Shown here in pieces: positions 8,952 to 18,152 of a stretch of DNA of 64,000 nt. The notes under the pieces are model-generated. The model had not been told where the DNA came from. It saw nothing but the letters and a program-made list of their open reading frames with translations, and ran no database searches. The translations under genes were made by a program, and so were the position numbers. Source of the DNA: Solirubrobacteraceae bacterium (GTDB taxonomy: Bacteria > Actinomycetota > Thermoleophilia > Solirubrobacterales > Solirubrobacteraceae); the NCBI GenBank assembly GCA_035938095.1, contig DASZHF010000126.1, forward strand, positions 4,264 to 68,263, written 5' to 3'. Within the stretch, counting starts at the first letter, position 1; each line of letters starts with the position of its first letter.

Positions 8952-9835
8952 GCCCGAGCACCCACCGCGTGCTCCGGATGACCGGGCTCAGATGACATCG
9001 CCGAAGCGAGCAGGCTCGAGAACGCGTCGGTTCGCTTCGGATGGACGAAGACGTAGTTGGCCTCGACGATCGGACCGGGCGAGATCAACCGCCGGACGGG
9101 CTGCTGCTCATAGCGGAAGAGCTCATATCCACGCTGAGCGAGAAACGTGGTCACGCTCTCGGGCCTGAGGCCAAAGCCCTCCAGAAACCAAGGGTTGATC
9201 TCGCAGACGATCGTCGGCTGGTGCCGATCGATCATGCGTGTCGCGCCGCGCAGCGCAGCGAGTTCAGCGCCTTCGATGTCGAGTTTGATGAGCGAGACAG
9301 GCGCGTCGGACGGAACGGTGTCATCCAGCGTCGCCAGTGGGCAGGCAACCTCCTGGCTGTCGAGCCAATGCACATGCTGGCCGCGGCCGGGCCGGTCGTC
9401 CTGACGGTCGGCAGAATGGGCCTGCCCCGCGCTGATCGCCCCCGACCGCTGCAGCGGGATCCTGAACTGCGCTGTCCCGGGCGCCTCGGCGCAGCCCTTG
9501 GCCACAACCTCGACGTTGTTCATGCGGAGCAATCGGATGATCGTCCGTAGGGCCCCGACCGTGAAAGGGATCGGCTCAAAGCACCAGACCCGCCCCGTCG
9601 GCCCCACCCCGCGGGACAGCGGGTACGCCCACATGCCGTAGTTGGCGCCGACGTCGATCACGGTGTCGCCTTCACGCACCCCGAGCGCGACGAGGTCGAT
9701 CTCGGGCTCGCTGAGCACTCCACGTCGGATATCGCGCGCCATCGCGGTCGCTTGGATGTAGCCGTACCCGCCGTGAGCCACTAGCGGTGCCAGCGATCGC
9801 TTGACGACCCGGCGCATGATGGAGTTCGGCGGCAT
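8948..9835 (-). CDS. FkbM-family SAM-dependent methyltransferase
   Basis: VIDVGANYGMWAYPLS and IKLDIEGAELAALRGA motifs typical of FkbM methyltransferases. Confidence 0.85.
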   Translation of the reverse strand: MPPNSIMRRVVKRSLAPLVAHGGYGYIQATAMARDIRRGVLSEPEIDLVALGVREGDTVIDVGANYGMWAYPLSRGVGPTGRVWCFEPIPFTVGALRTIIRLLRMNNVEVVAKGCAEAPGTAQFRIPLQRSGAISAGQAHSADRQDDRPGRGQHVHWLDSQEVACPLATLDDTVPSDAPVSLIKLDIEGAELAALRGATRMIDRHQPTIVCEINPWFLEGFGLRPESVTTFLAQRGYELFRYEQQPVRRLISPGPIVEANYVFVHPKRTDAFSSLLASAMSSEPGHPEHAVGARA

Positions 9836-9838
9836 CGG

Positions 9839-10915
9839 TCAGGAAGCCGCGGCGAGCGCCCGCTCGATGTCGGTGACGTGGAAGTTGGCCGTCGGGACGT
9901 CGTACTGCCCGGGAGACAGACAGGCCGGGATCGAGACACCTTCGCGGAGCCGGTCCAGCAGCTCGCGGATCAGCTCCCGGTTCGCTGGCGAGCCTTCACG
10001 TTCCAGACGCCGCTCGATGACAGCAGCGAGGTCGCCATTGCCCGTCGCCTGCACGATGTGGAAGAGGCTCTGCAGGTAGTCCTCGTTTGGCCCACGAGGA
10101 AACTCCTCACGCTCCCTGATGGCGGCAAAGCCGCTCTCGACGGGGTAGAAGTCGAAGGTGTCGGCAACCGTCACGTCGAGGCGACGAGCCAGGCCGGTCC
10201 GGACGGCGACGGCCCGCAGGGTCTCCCGATGGCGGGACACGATTCGCAGGTGCTTGAGCGAGTCCTTCCAAGTACGCTGCGATCGGCTGCTCCAGAGGCA
10301 GATGGTGACCGTCAGCGACGCTGGGTACATCGGCAGGTGAGCGACGTAGGCGTCGACGAACGCCACCTCCCCCAGCCCATGGACGCCACGCTCGATCAGA
10401 TCGGTCGCATATATCCCAGCGTCGCGATCGACCAGCCGGGGTTGGCTCAGCAACCAGTGTCCGTATCCCGGGCCAAACGCCGTCGCGGTGGTCAGCAGTA
10501 GCTCGCCGTGATGGTGAATCGCCTTGGTCGAGAGGTCTGTGTCCCCACCGGGCAGTGGAATCCAGCAATTCACCACCAGCTCGTAGAGAGGGTTCGATTC
10601 GAGCTCCATCGCGAGGACCGGATAGTGCGTTCGCGACAGGGCGTCCGGCGCCTCGAGATGATGCGCGAGCGAGGCGGCCAGAAACGACGGATCGCGCGCC
10701 GCCTCGGCCATGATCGAAGCCGCCGAGCGATGGGCGTCGTGCTTGGTGGCCGCGGCCTCGAAGATCGCGTTTAGCCGGCTTACATATCCGGCCAGGTTCG
10801 TCGCGTGCGAGGCCGTGGCGTTCGCGCCGTGCGAGCCCGTGCTCGTAGTGTCGCGGGCGTCGGCGATGGTGCTCGGCATGGCGCGCGGGACGGGTGGTGA
10901 CGCGCCCAGCGACAT
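9839..10915 (-). CDS. Hypothetical protein, first gene of the 10915 to 5395 operon; His-rich patch IHHHGE
   Basis: 358-aa ORF with GC-rich third positions and a 3-nt gap to the next gene. I recognise no family. Confidence 0.65.
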   Translation of the reverse strand: MSLGASPPVPRAMPSTIADARDTTSTGSHGANATASHATNLAGYVSRLNAIFEAAATKHDAHRSAASIMAEAARDPSFLAASLAHHLEAPDALSRTHYPVLAMELESNPLYELVVNCWIPLPGGDTDLSTKAIHHHGELLLTTATAFGPGYGHWLLSQPRLVDRDAGIYATDLIERGVHGLGEVAFVDAYVAHLPMYPASLTVTICLWSSRSQRTWKDSLKHLRIVSRHRETLRAVAVRTGLARRLDVTVADTFDFYPVESGFAAIREREEFPRGPNEDYLQSLFHIVQATGNGDLAAVIERRLEREGSPANRELIRELLDRLREGVSIPACLSPGQYDVPTANFHVTDIERALAAAS

Positions 10916-10959
10916 GGCGGCCAGCGTCGTTCATGCGCGGAAGAGCGTCAGGAGTCATA

Positions 10960-10977
10960 GGTAAGAGCCCGGTAAGA
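10960..10977 (-). promoter_or_regulatory. Two exact TCTTACC heptamers 11 nt apart, upstream of 9839..10915
   Basis: The plus strand reads GGTAAGAgcccGGTAAGA (10960..10966 and 10971..10977), 45 to 62 nt upstream of the ATG at 10915. Confidence 0.4.
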
Positions 10978-11071
10978 CCGCTGCGGGTACTGCGCGGTCG
11001 CGCGAGTAAACCTGCACGTCTAGCCGCGTAGCCGTCCTCGGTGATCCGCTGGCTGTGATCCTCGCGATCGC

Positions 11072-12031
11072 ATGATCACACCCGAGCGCGTGCTCGCAAT
11101 CACGATCGACACCGAGGTCGACAAGTCTTCGTCTTGGCGCATAGCGACGCCGCCCACCTTCCGTTCCGTGACGGAGGGGATCCCGCAACTCCTCCAACCG
11201 CTCTTCTCCTCGTGCGGGGCGAGGCCTACCTACCTTCTGAGCCCCGAGGTGATCGAGGACGACGACTCAACGGCCGTGCTCTCGAGTCTGGGTCCGGAAG
11301 CCGAGCTGGGAACGCACCTGCATGCCGAATTCGTGTCTCCTGAGCGCCGCCTGGTCGCCGCCAGCATGGGAGGGCAGCACGCGAACGCATTGCAGTGCCA
11401 GTGCCCGCCCGGAATCGAGCTCGCCAAGTTGAAGGCGCTGACCTACCTGTTCGAGAGGCGCTTCGGCTACCGGCCGACCTCATTTCGCGCCGGTCGCTAC
11501 GCGCTAGGAGACAGCACGCTCGCGCATCTGGCTGGGCTCGGCTACGCCGCAGATTCGAGTATCACGCCCGGCCTGCGTTGGAACTACGCCGAGGGCGTTG
11601 TCGACCACCGCAGGCACTGCGCAGGTCCATCGGTCGTGCGCACGGACGCGGGCCCGATAGTCGAGCTTCCGATCAGCGTTCGACCCGGCGGCGTGGCGGC
11701 CCCGACGGTGGACAGGTTGCCCTCGCCGGTGAGCCGAGCCGCGCGAGCGGTGCTCGGCGACCGAGCGCGCTACCTGTGGCTCCGTCCGAGCTGGGAGAGC
11801 GGCCGGTCGTTGATCCGCTACGTCGAGTCCTCCGCGGAGACCGTCCTGGTGCTCATGTTTCACAGCACCGAGATCATCCCGGGGGCAAGTCCGTTCGCCG
11901 CCACTGTGTCGGACGTTGGCCGGATCGCGGCGGCGCTGCACGACCTGCTCGCTCACTGCGCCCGGGTCGGAATCAGGTGCGTCGGGCTGACAGACGCCGC
12001 CGCGCTGATCAGGGAGGCAGGCGACCGGTGA
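11072..12031 (+). CDS. Polysaccharide deacetylase-like (WalW-like beta/alpha-barrel) protein
   Basis: LAITIDTEVD...ARPTYLLSPEVIED...GTHLHAEF resembles the glycoside hydrolase/deacetylase superfamily. Assignment is from memory of the family. Confidence 0.6.
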   Translation: MITPERVLAITIDTEVDKSSSWRIATPPTFRSVTEGIPQLLQPLFSSCGARPTYLLSPEVIEDDDSTAVLSSLGPEAELGTHLHAEFVSPERRLVAASMGGQHANALQCQCPPGIELAKLKALTYLFERRFGYRPTSFRAGRYALGDSTLAHLAGLGYAADSSITPGLRWNYAEGVVDHRRHCAGPSVVRTDAGPIVELPISVRPGGVAAPTVDRLPSPVSRAARAVLGDRARYLWLRPSWESGRSLIRYVESSAETVLVLMFHSTEIIPGASPFAATVSDVGRIAAALHDLLAHCARVGIRCVGLTDAAALIREAGDR

Positions 12032-12921
12032 ACCGGTGCGCCCTCTGCGACGGCGTACCCGGCCGCGACGCGTTTCCGTTCGCGTTTCGGTGGAATCGCC
12101 AGGTTTATCGTCATCTGCGCTGCCCACGGTGTGACGCGGTCGTCGTGACGCCGATACCAACCGACGCCGAGTTGCGGCGCGTATATGAATGGACGGCGTA
12201 TCACGCGGTCCATTACCCGACGGACCGCTCGGAGCGGTACCGGCGGACGATGGCCGCTCTCCAGCGCTTCACGCGACCTCCGGGACGGGTGCTCGACTTC
12301 GGCGCGGGCACCGGCGTGCTACTCCAGCGCCTCCTCGAAGCCGGCTATGAGGCCCACGGACTGGAGTACGAGCAATCAGTTGTCACGCGGTTGCGGGCCA
12401 GGACCCCGGCGCCGGTCTGGGAGCTGGCGTCTCTGATGGGCGCCGATCTGAAGTTCGACGCGATCGTCATGCATGACGTCCTGGCCCACCTCCCCGGCCC
12501 CGCTGACACGCTGCGAGCGCTCGAGCACATCCTGGCCGCCGACGGCGTCATGGTCGTCGCCGGTCCCCTCGAGGAGAACCCGAGCCTGGTCCACTCGATC
12601 GCGCGCCTGTGGCGCCACTTGCGGGGTGAGCGCCTCAGCGCCGGCCTACCTGCCGTTCCGCCCACCATGCTCGTGCGCACCGACCACCGATCGATGAGGC
12701 GGTTCTTCGACGTCGTGATGGGCTACGACGAACTCGCCTTCGAAGTACTCGAGGATGGCTGGCCGTATCGGGTCGCCGGGCGGCGGCCGTCATCGGTTCG
12801 CGACCTGGTGCGCCACCTGGTCGGTCTGATGGCCGTTGGGCTTCACCGTGGTCTGTCGGTACTTAGCGTTCCCGTTGGCAACCGTTTCGTCGCTGTGTAT
12901 CGGCCGTGTCCGAGCCCCTAG
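12028..12921 (+). CDS. Class I SAM-dependent methyltransferase with N-terminal CxxC...CxxC zinc ribbon
   Basis: GTG at 12028 overlaps the upstream stop (GTGA). CALCDG...CPRCD, then VLDFGAGTGVLLQRLLEAGYEAHGLE and DAIVMHDVLAHL. The track lists this as the 3' part of the 508-aa ORF 11395..12921. Confidence 0.85.
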   Translation: MNRCALCDGVPGRDAFPFAFRWNRQVYRHLRCPRCDAVVVTPIPTDAELRRVYEWTAYHAVHYPTDRSERYRRTMAALQRFTRPPGRVLDFGAGTGVLLQRLLEAGYEAHGLEYEQSVVTRLRARTPAPVWELASLMGADLKFDAIVMHDVLAHLPGPADTLRALEHILAADGVMVVAGPLEENPSLVHSIARLWRHLRGERLSAGLPAVPPTMLVRTDHRSMRRFFDVVMGYDELAFEVLEDGWPYRVAGRRPSSVRDLVRHLVGLMAVGLHRGLSVLSVPVGNRFVAVYRPCPSP

Positions 12922-14129
12922 CGGTAACCCCGATGGGTGACGTCGGCGCGGTCTCGAGGCCCAGCCCGTGGAGGCAGCGCCACCGCATCCTCTTCGTAAT
13001 CGAGAGCCTGGGCGCCGCCGGCGCGGAGTACGCGCTGCTGACGCTGGGTCGCGAGCTGCATGGCCGTGGACACGCCGTTCACGTTGCTGTGCTCGCCCCG
13101 CCCTACGACCTGTGCGCCGACTTCGAATCCGCTGGGCTCGTGGTGCACCGCCTCGAGCGCGGTCGGGCTCGCGGGGCGGCCGAACTGGCGCGCCTGACCC
13201 GCGCGCTCGATGCCACGGTCGTCCACGCGCATCTGTTTTGGGCCGGAGCGCTCACGGCTCTCAGCGGGTCGCTCGCGCGCGGGCCTGCCCGGATAGCGAC
13301 GTTTCACAACCTTGGCTACTCGAGCTATCCGCCGGTGACCCTGCGCCGGAAGCTTCGCCGCGCCGGCGATCGGTTCGCGATGCGACATGGCATGGATGGC
13401 TGGGTTGCGGTCAGCTCGGCCGTGGCCCGCCACTACGGCGAGCACCTCGGGCTGACGCCCATCCGGGTGATCCCGAATCCGCTCGATCTGCCCGCGCTGG
13501 ACCGGCATGCGCATACCGATCCGGCCGGTGTCCGACGTCGGCATGGCCTCCCCCAGGACCGGCCGGTGATCGTCTGCGCCGCAACCCTGCGCCCCGAGAA
13601 GGGGCACTCCGTGCTGCTGGCGGCGCTCGCCCGGCTGCGCGCGCAGGGGTTGAAAGCGGTGACGGTTCTGGCGGGCCACGGGCCCCTGCGGGCGCCGATC
13701 GAGCAGCAGATCGCGGCTCTGGGACTGGGCCCTGAGGTCCGGCTGCTCGGTCGCCTTCCGCGCGATGCGCTGCTCGATCTTCTGGGTGCCGCCGATCTCG
13801 CCGTCCTGTCATCGCTGCACGAGGGTCTCAGCATGTCTGCGGCCGAGTCGATCGCGCTGGGTACGCCCGTGGTGGCCTCGAAGACGGGCGGCCTCGAGGA
13901 CATCGTCGAGGAGGGGTCAACCGGCTTGCTCGTCCGACCGGGCGATCCTGACGCTCTCGCGACCGCACTGGCGCGGGCCCTGATCGACGCGCCGTGGGAG
14001 CAGGTTCTCAGCCCATCGGTGTTGGCGCCGCTGCGGGACCGCCTGGCCAGTCCGGCTGTCGCCCAGGCCCACGAGTCGCTCTACACCGCGCTCGCACGAC
14101 GACGGGAGCTCGCCACCGCTCGCGCCTAA
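12906..14129 (+). CDS. GT-B glycosyltransferase (family 4-like)
   Basis: ILFVIESLGAAGAE N-terminus and EGLSMSAAESIALGTPVVASKTGGLEDIV (EX7E region). Confidence 0.9.
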   Translation: MSEPLAVTPMGDVGAVSRPSPWRQRHRILFVIESLGAAGAEYALLTLGRELHGRGHAVHVAVLAPPYDLCADFESAGLVVHRLERGRARGAAELARLTRALDATVVHAHLFWAGALTALSGSLARGPARIATFHNLGYSSYPPVTLRRKLRRAGDRFAMRHGMDGWVAVSSAVARHYGEHLGLTPIRVIPNPLDLPALDRHAHTDPAGVRRRHGLPQDRPVIVCAATLRPEKGHSVLLAALARLRAQGLKAVTVLAGHGPLRAPIEQQIAALGLGPEVRLLGRLPRDALLDLLGAADLAVLSSLHEGLSMSAAESIALGTPVVASKTGGLEDIVEEGSTGLLVRPGDPDALATALARALIDAPWEQVLSPSVLAPLRDRLASPAVAQAHESLYTALARRRELATARA

Positions 14130-14170
14130 GCGCCGAGCTACCAGCGCCAGGCTTCGATCCGGGCCCAGAC

Positions 14171-15520
14171 ATGTCGACCCAACCCGCTACCCCACCCGCG
14201 CCGATCGACCGCGCCACCCCGACAGACGCCTACGAGACGGGCCTAAGGCTGCTTCCGGTCAGGGCGCTGCAGTATGCCTCTTTGTTCCTGGCGGGCCTGG
14301 TCGTCGCTCGCGCCCTCGGCCCCGCGGCCCGTGCCCAGTACGCGTTGCCGCTCACCCTCGTGTCGGCGGTCTGGGTCGTCGTCCACCTGTCGCTGGACGA
14401 CGTCGCCGGACGGATGCTCGGACGGGGTCAGGCCACGTTGCCGCAGCTCAGCCGCCTGCTATCGGCCGCAACCATCCCGGTATCGGTGGTGGGCGCGCTC
14501 GCGAGCCTCGGCCTGGGGATCGCCGTCCGCAACGAGTCGCTGGCCGGGGCCAGCCCCTTGGTGATCGCCTTGGCGACCGCCACCGTGCCGGCCGCCGTCG
14601 TGTACCAGATGACCGGCGGCCTGCTGCTGCGGATCGGGAGAATCCGGCTGTTCACCTGGACCCTGGCGGCTCAGGCGGTGGTTCAGCTCGCGGGTGTCGC
14701 CGCCCTGCAGGTTGGGCTCGGCCTGACGCCGGCCCTGGCGCTACTCGGCCTGCTGGGAGGCTACGTCGTTGCCGATGCCGCGCTTGTGCGCGGCCTCGCC
14801 AGGCACGTCGGCTGGCGCGGCCTGCTTCCGGGCGTTCCGCCTGGACTCCCCGGTCGTGCTCTCCGGACCGCGAGCGGGCTTCATCCGGGCACGCTCTGCA
14901 ACTACCTCAACTACAGGATCGACCTGCTCCTGGTGGGAACACTGGTCAGCGCGCGCCAGGCCGGCTTGTACTCGCTGTCGACAGCGCTTGCCGAGCTGGT
15001 GCTCGCCGGGACGACCGCACTCAACCAGGCCGTGATAGCCGATCAGACGGCACTGGCTCCACAAGAAGCCGTGCGGGCGACGCTTGCCTTCGTGCGCCGG
15101 ACGCTCAAGCTCGTCCTGGGAGCCGCGGCGCTGCTCTGCGTGGGCGCGTATCCGTTCGTGCTCGTCGTCTACGGGCCCGCGTGGGCGGGAAGCGTCCCCG
15201 CCCTCATGATCCTCACCGTCGCAGCCATCGCGCCGGCGATCGCCGGTCCGTTCAACGTCATGCTCGCGCGCCTGATCCGGCCCGCCACGCTTTCGGCCGC
15301 CGCCGCCAGCGGGCTACTGGTCAACGTGGTCGCAAACCTGCTCCTGATTCCCCGGCTCGGTATCGCGGGTGCGGCGCTCGCCTCGGTCGCCTCGTACTGG
15401 TCCTGGTCGATCGTGCTGATGGTGTTGTTCGCCCGCGCAACCGGAACGTCGCCGCTCAACCTGCTCTTCGCGCGAGCGCAGGCGCCTCACGCCGCCGCGG
15501 CGGGGGTCATACGCGGATAG
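14171..15520 (+). CDS. Wzx-like oligosaccharide flippase (polysaccharide biosynthesis protein, MOP superfamily)
   Basis: About 12 to 14 TM helices. The ATG at 14171 (MSTQPATPP) is preferred over the 13994 start, which overlaps the GT gene. Confidence 0.8.
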   Translation: MSTQPATPPAPIDRATPTDAYETGLRLLPVRALQYASLFLAGLVVARALGPAARAQYALPLTLVSAVWVVVHLSLDDVAGRMLGRGQATLPQLSRLLSAATIPVSVVGALASLGLGIAVRNESLAGASPLVIALATATVPAAVVYQMTGGLLLRIGRIRLFTWTLAAQAVVQLAGVAALQVGLGLTPALALLGLLGGYVVADAALVRGLARHVGWRGLLPGVPPGLPGRALRTASGLHPGTLCNYLNYRIDLLLVGTLVSARQAGLYSLSTALAELVLAGTTALNQAVIADQTALAPQEAVRATLAFVRRTLKLVLGAAALLCVGAYPFVLVVYGPAWAGSVPALMILTVAAIAPAIAGPFNVMLARLIRPATLSAAAASGLLVNVVANLLLIPRLGIAGAALASVASYWSWSIVLMVLFARATGTSPLNLLFARAQAPHAAAAGVIRG

Positions 15521-16860
15521 GGGTCCCCGCGCTCCTCGAGATGGCCGGTGATCCCCCGATGGAGGAGCCGCTGGCCGCCGGCCAACCAGTCCCGCCAGCA
15601 CCTCTGGCCCTGCCCCGCGATCTCATCGGCCGGGATGTCGCCGCGCTCGACCTCGCGAAGGATGCCTGCAACGTCCGTGAGGTCGGGACGGCAGAAGATC
15701 GCGTTGTGACGATCGGCGAACGGATACATCGTCTCAACATGCGAGAGGTCCTGGCAGATGAGAGGCCGGCGCACGATGAATGCTTCCGCGTGACGGAATG
15801 TGATCTCCCCGAAGCCCGCTGGGGCCAAGACCACCCCGCTGCGCGCAAGCGACCGCGTGAAGGCCGGTCGGCTCATGGGCGGCGAGCCCAAGTTGCTCCT
15901 GCGCAGGGCCTCTCCCAGCGCCCTGACCGTCTGCGGAGGCACCCTGACCGCCACGCCGTCGGCGGTGACCAGCGCCGGGGGATCGCCGGGCTCAGCCGGA
16001 TCCTCCTCGGGCGGTGGGGTGCGTAGATCGTGCTCTTCGAGACGCTCCTCGACGGGGCCGGGGCGGTCGCGGGTGTCGCTCCGCTCGAGAGCACCGGTCC
16101 CGTAGAAGTCTTCGGGGACCCGCGTGATCGCCTGGGAGCCGGGGACGCCGGCCGAGCGCAGGATCTCGAGAAGGTCGAGTCGCTGCCGGTGCGTCAGCGT
16201 GCCGACGAAGTGGGCGGTGAGGTGCTTGGGCCTGCGCAGACGCACGAGCGGCAGGCTCGCTTGCACAGCCGCCTCGGCGGCTAGCCGCGCGTAGGTTTCC
16301 AGTCGCCGGTGGGGACGCTCGACCAGGCGGATCCTGTGGCGCGTCCGAGCGTCTATGGCCAGGAAGCAGGGGACGGACAGCCGCAGCTTCTCCAGCTGGG
16401 CGTGCGTGTAGCGAACCCTGCGCGATTCGATCGCCGCGGTCCAGTTGGCTCCGGCGAAGAAGGGGCCGACCCGATAGTTGTAGAGCTCCCGATCGCGATA
16501 GATGCCCTGTCCCTTGAGCACCAGATCGACGCGGTCCAGAGCGCCCGGCGGCAGCGAGAGGCTGAACAGGTCGTGCCCCTCCAGGGCCACGATCCGGTCG
16601 GCCATGCGGCGCAGACGCTCGAACACCGGGTCGACTCGATCGGGGTGGCGCGCCGCCAGCCACTTGTACCAGTCGCTCGAGACGAGCACCACATCGAATC
16701 TGTCGGAGCGGGCCAAGCCACAGGGGTTCGGCGACCAATCCAGGCCCAGATCACGTGCGTCGACGGTCCCCATCGACAACCCCGGCGCGATGCGTACAAG
16801 CTGAACGAACCAAGACGACGCCGAGACCGTCAGCAGGCAGCACTTCACGGGGAACGCCAC
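15487..16860 (-). CDS. Hypothetical protein, possible CgeB/GT-B-like glycosyltransferase with an acidic Pro-rich insert
   Basis: The C-terminal GFGEITFRHAEAFIVRRPLICQD resembles the RxFE region of CgeB-like GT-B enzymes. Insert is RTPPPEEDPAEPGDPP. Start is uncertain (16860 or ATG 16773). Confidence 0.6.
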   Translation of the reverse strand: MAFPVKCCLLTVSASSWFVQLVRIAPGLSMGTVDARDLGLDWSPNPCGLARSDRFDVVLVSSDWYKWLAARHPDRVDPVFERLRRMADRIVALEGHDLFSLSLPPGALDRVDLVLKGQGIYRDRELYNYRVGPFFAGANWTAAIESRRVRYTHAQLEKLRLSVPCFLAIDARTRHRIRLVERPHRRLETYARLAAEAAVQASLPLVRLRRPKHLTAHFVGTLTHRQRLDLLEILRSAGVPGSQAITRVPEDFYGTGALERSDTRDRPGPVEERLEEHDLRTPPPEEDPAEPGDPPALVTADGVAVRVPPQTVRALGEALRRSNLGSPPMSRPAFTRSLARSGVVLAPAGFGEITFRHAEAFIVRRPLICQDLSHVETMYPFADRHNAIFCRPDLTDVAGILREVERGDIPADEIAGQGQRCWRDWLAGGQRLLHRGITGHLEERGDPYPRMTPAAAA

Positions 16861-18152
16861 CCCGGCTTACGGGCGTGGCCGGCGGCGGGCGGGCGGGCGA
16901 TGACGTCGCCCGCTGGCCGCAGCGACGCATCCCTGGCCCGCGCCACGTCGTCATAGATCGCGGCATAACGCGGGATCCCGACCTCGGCCAGACTCAGATT
17001 CCGCCGCGCGACCGCCCGACATCGCTCAGCCACCTCGGGGTCTGCGACCAGGGCAGCGATTGCACGTACCGCCGACTCGTACGTAGGCTGGGAATGCTGA
17101 CTCACCAGGACCCCGATGGTCGGGTCCAGCAGACGATCGACGTCACCGATCCCGGCCGTCGACACGACCGGCAGGCCTGCCGCCAGGTACTCACCGATCT
17201 TCGTCGGCGAAGCCGAGATCTTCGAAGGACACGGCCGAATGAACGCGATTGCGAAGTCGCTGGCCGCAAGATACGCGCCCATCCGCGCTGGCGCCGCCGA
17301 CGTGATCGTGTAGGCCGACGCCGGGATCGATACCCGTCCCAGTTCAGCGACCATCACCTCCGGCGCGCTCTGAGTGAGTATCAGGAAGTGCAATCGCTCC
17401 ATGACCCGCCGCGCAACGCGGAAGAACTCGGCCATCTCGCGCTCCATGTACCAACCGGTGAACTTCCCGACGTACACCATCACCCGGGCCTCCTCCAGCC
17501 CGAGCCCCAGACGGGTGGAGTCTCGCTCGCTACTCACGGCGCCCAGAGCGGCGAGGTCGGCGCAGCATGGGATCACCGATACCGGCCTTCGAGGACGACT
17601 GCCGAAGAGCTGGTCGCGCACCCGCTCGGTGAGAACGACGTTCGCGGTCGCGCACCGGATCGTGGCCCGCTCGACAGCTTTGGTCATGCGGAACGGCAGG
17701 CTCTCACGCCGCCACCGGCCGGCGTCCTCGTACTCCTCCGCCATCAACCCCCGGATATCGAAGATGATCTGCCGTCGTCCTCCGGCCAGGCGGAGGGCGA
17801 TCAGCGCCATCGCCGCCGGGACGTGCGAGCGAGCGTGGATCGCGTCCAGGCGGTGGCGCCGCGTCAGCACGCAGGTCACTGCCGCCCCCGCGATCGTGTC
17901 GTAGACGGTCGCCGCCAGCGACGGACGCTTGTGGTAGCGCAGCGAGTGCCAGCTGATGCCGCGGCGTGAGAGCTCGACCCTGCGTCGCCGGCGTTCGCCG
18001 CGGGCCAGCCGGCGCTGCTCGAAGGTCAGTAGATGCACCCTGTGACCGCGCTCCGCCAGACCAGACAGGTAAGCGATCACCTGGGTGTGGACGAGCGGAT
18101 CGTCGAGCGAGAGGTAGCAGAGGTACAGAACGCCGAGCTTGGCTGGCATCAC
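16845..18152 (-). CDS. GT-B glycosyltransferase (family 4-like)
   Basis: LGVLYLCYLSLDDPLVHTQVIAYLSGLAERGHRVHLLTF and SPTKIGEYLAAGLPVVST. Confidence 0.85.
   Translation of the reverse strand: MMPAKLGVLYLCYLSLDDPLVHTQVIAYLSGLAERGHRVHLLTFEQRRLARGERRRRRVELSRRGISWHSLRYHKRPSLAATVYDTIAGAAVTCVLTRRHRLDAIHARSHVPAAMALIALRLAGGRRQIIFDIRGLMAEEYEDAGRWRRESLPFRMTKAVERATIRCATANVVLTERVRDQLFGSRPRRPVSVIPCCADLAALGAVSSERDSTRLGLGLEEARVMVYVGKFTGWYMEREMAEFFRVARRVMERLHFLILTQSAPEVMVAELGRVSIPASAYTITSAAPARMGAYLAASDFAIAFIRPCPSKISASPTKIGEYLAAGLPVVSTAGIGDVDRLLDPTIGVLVSQHSQPTYESAVRAIAALVADPEVAERCRAVARRNLSLAEVGIPRYAAIYDDVARARDASLRPAGDVIARPPAAGHARKPGWRSP

Noticed and set aside
11395-12027. N-terminal 211 codons of the 508-aa ORF 11395..12921
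   Set aside because: This part overlaps the deacetylase-like gene out of frame and is Arg-rich. A GTG at 12028, coupled to the upstream stop, starts the recognisable zinc-ribbon methyltransferase.
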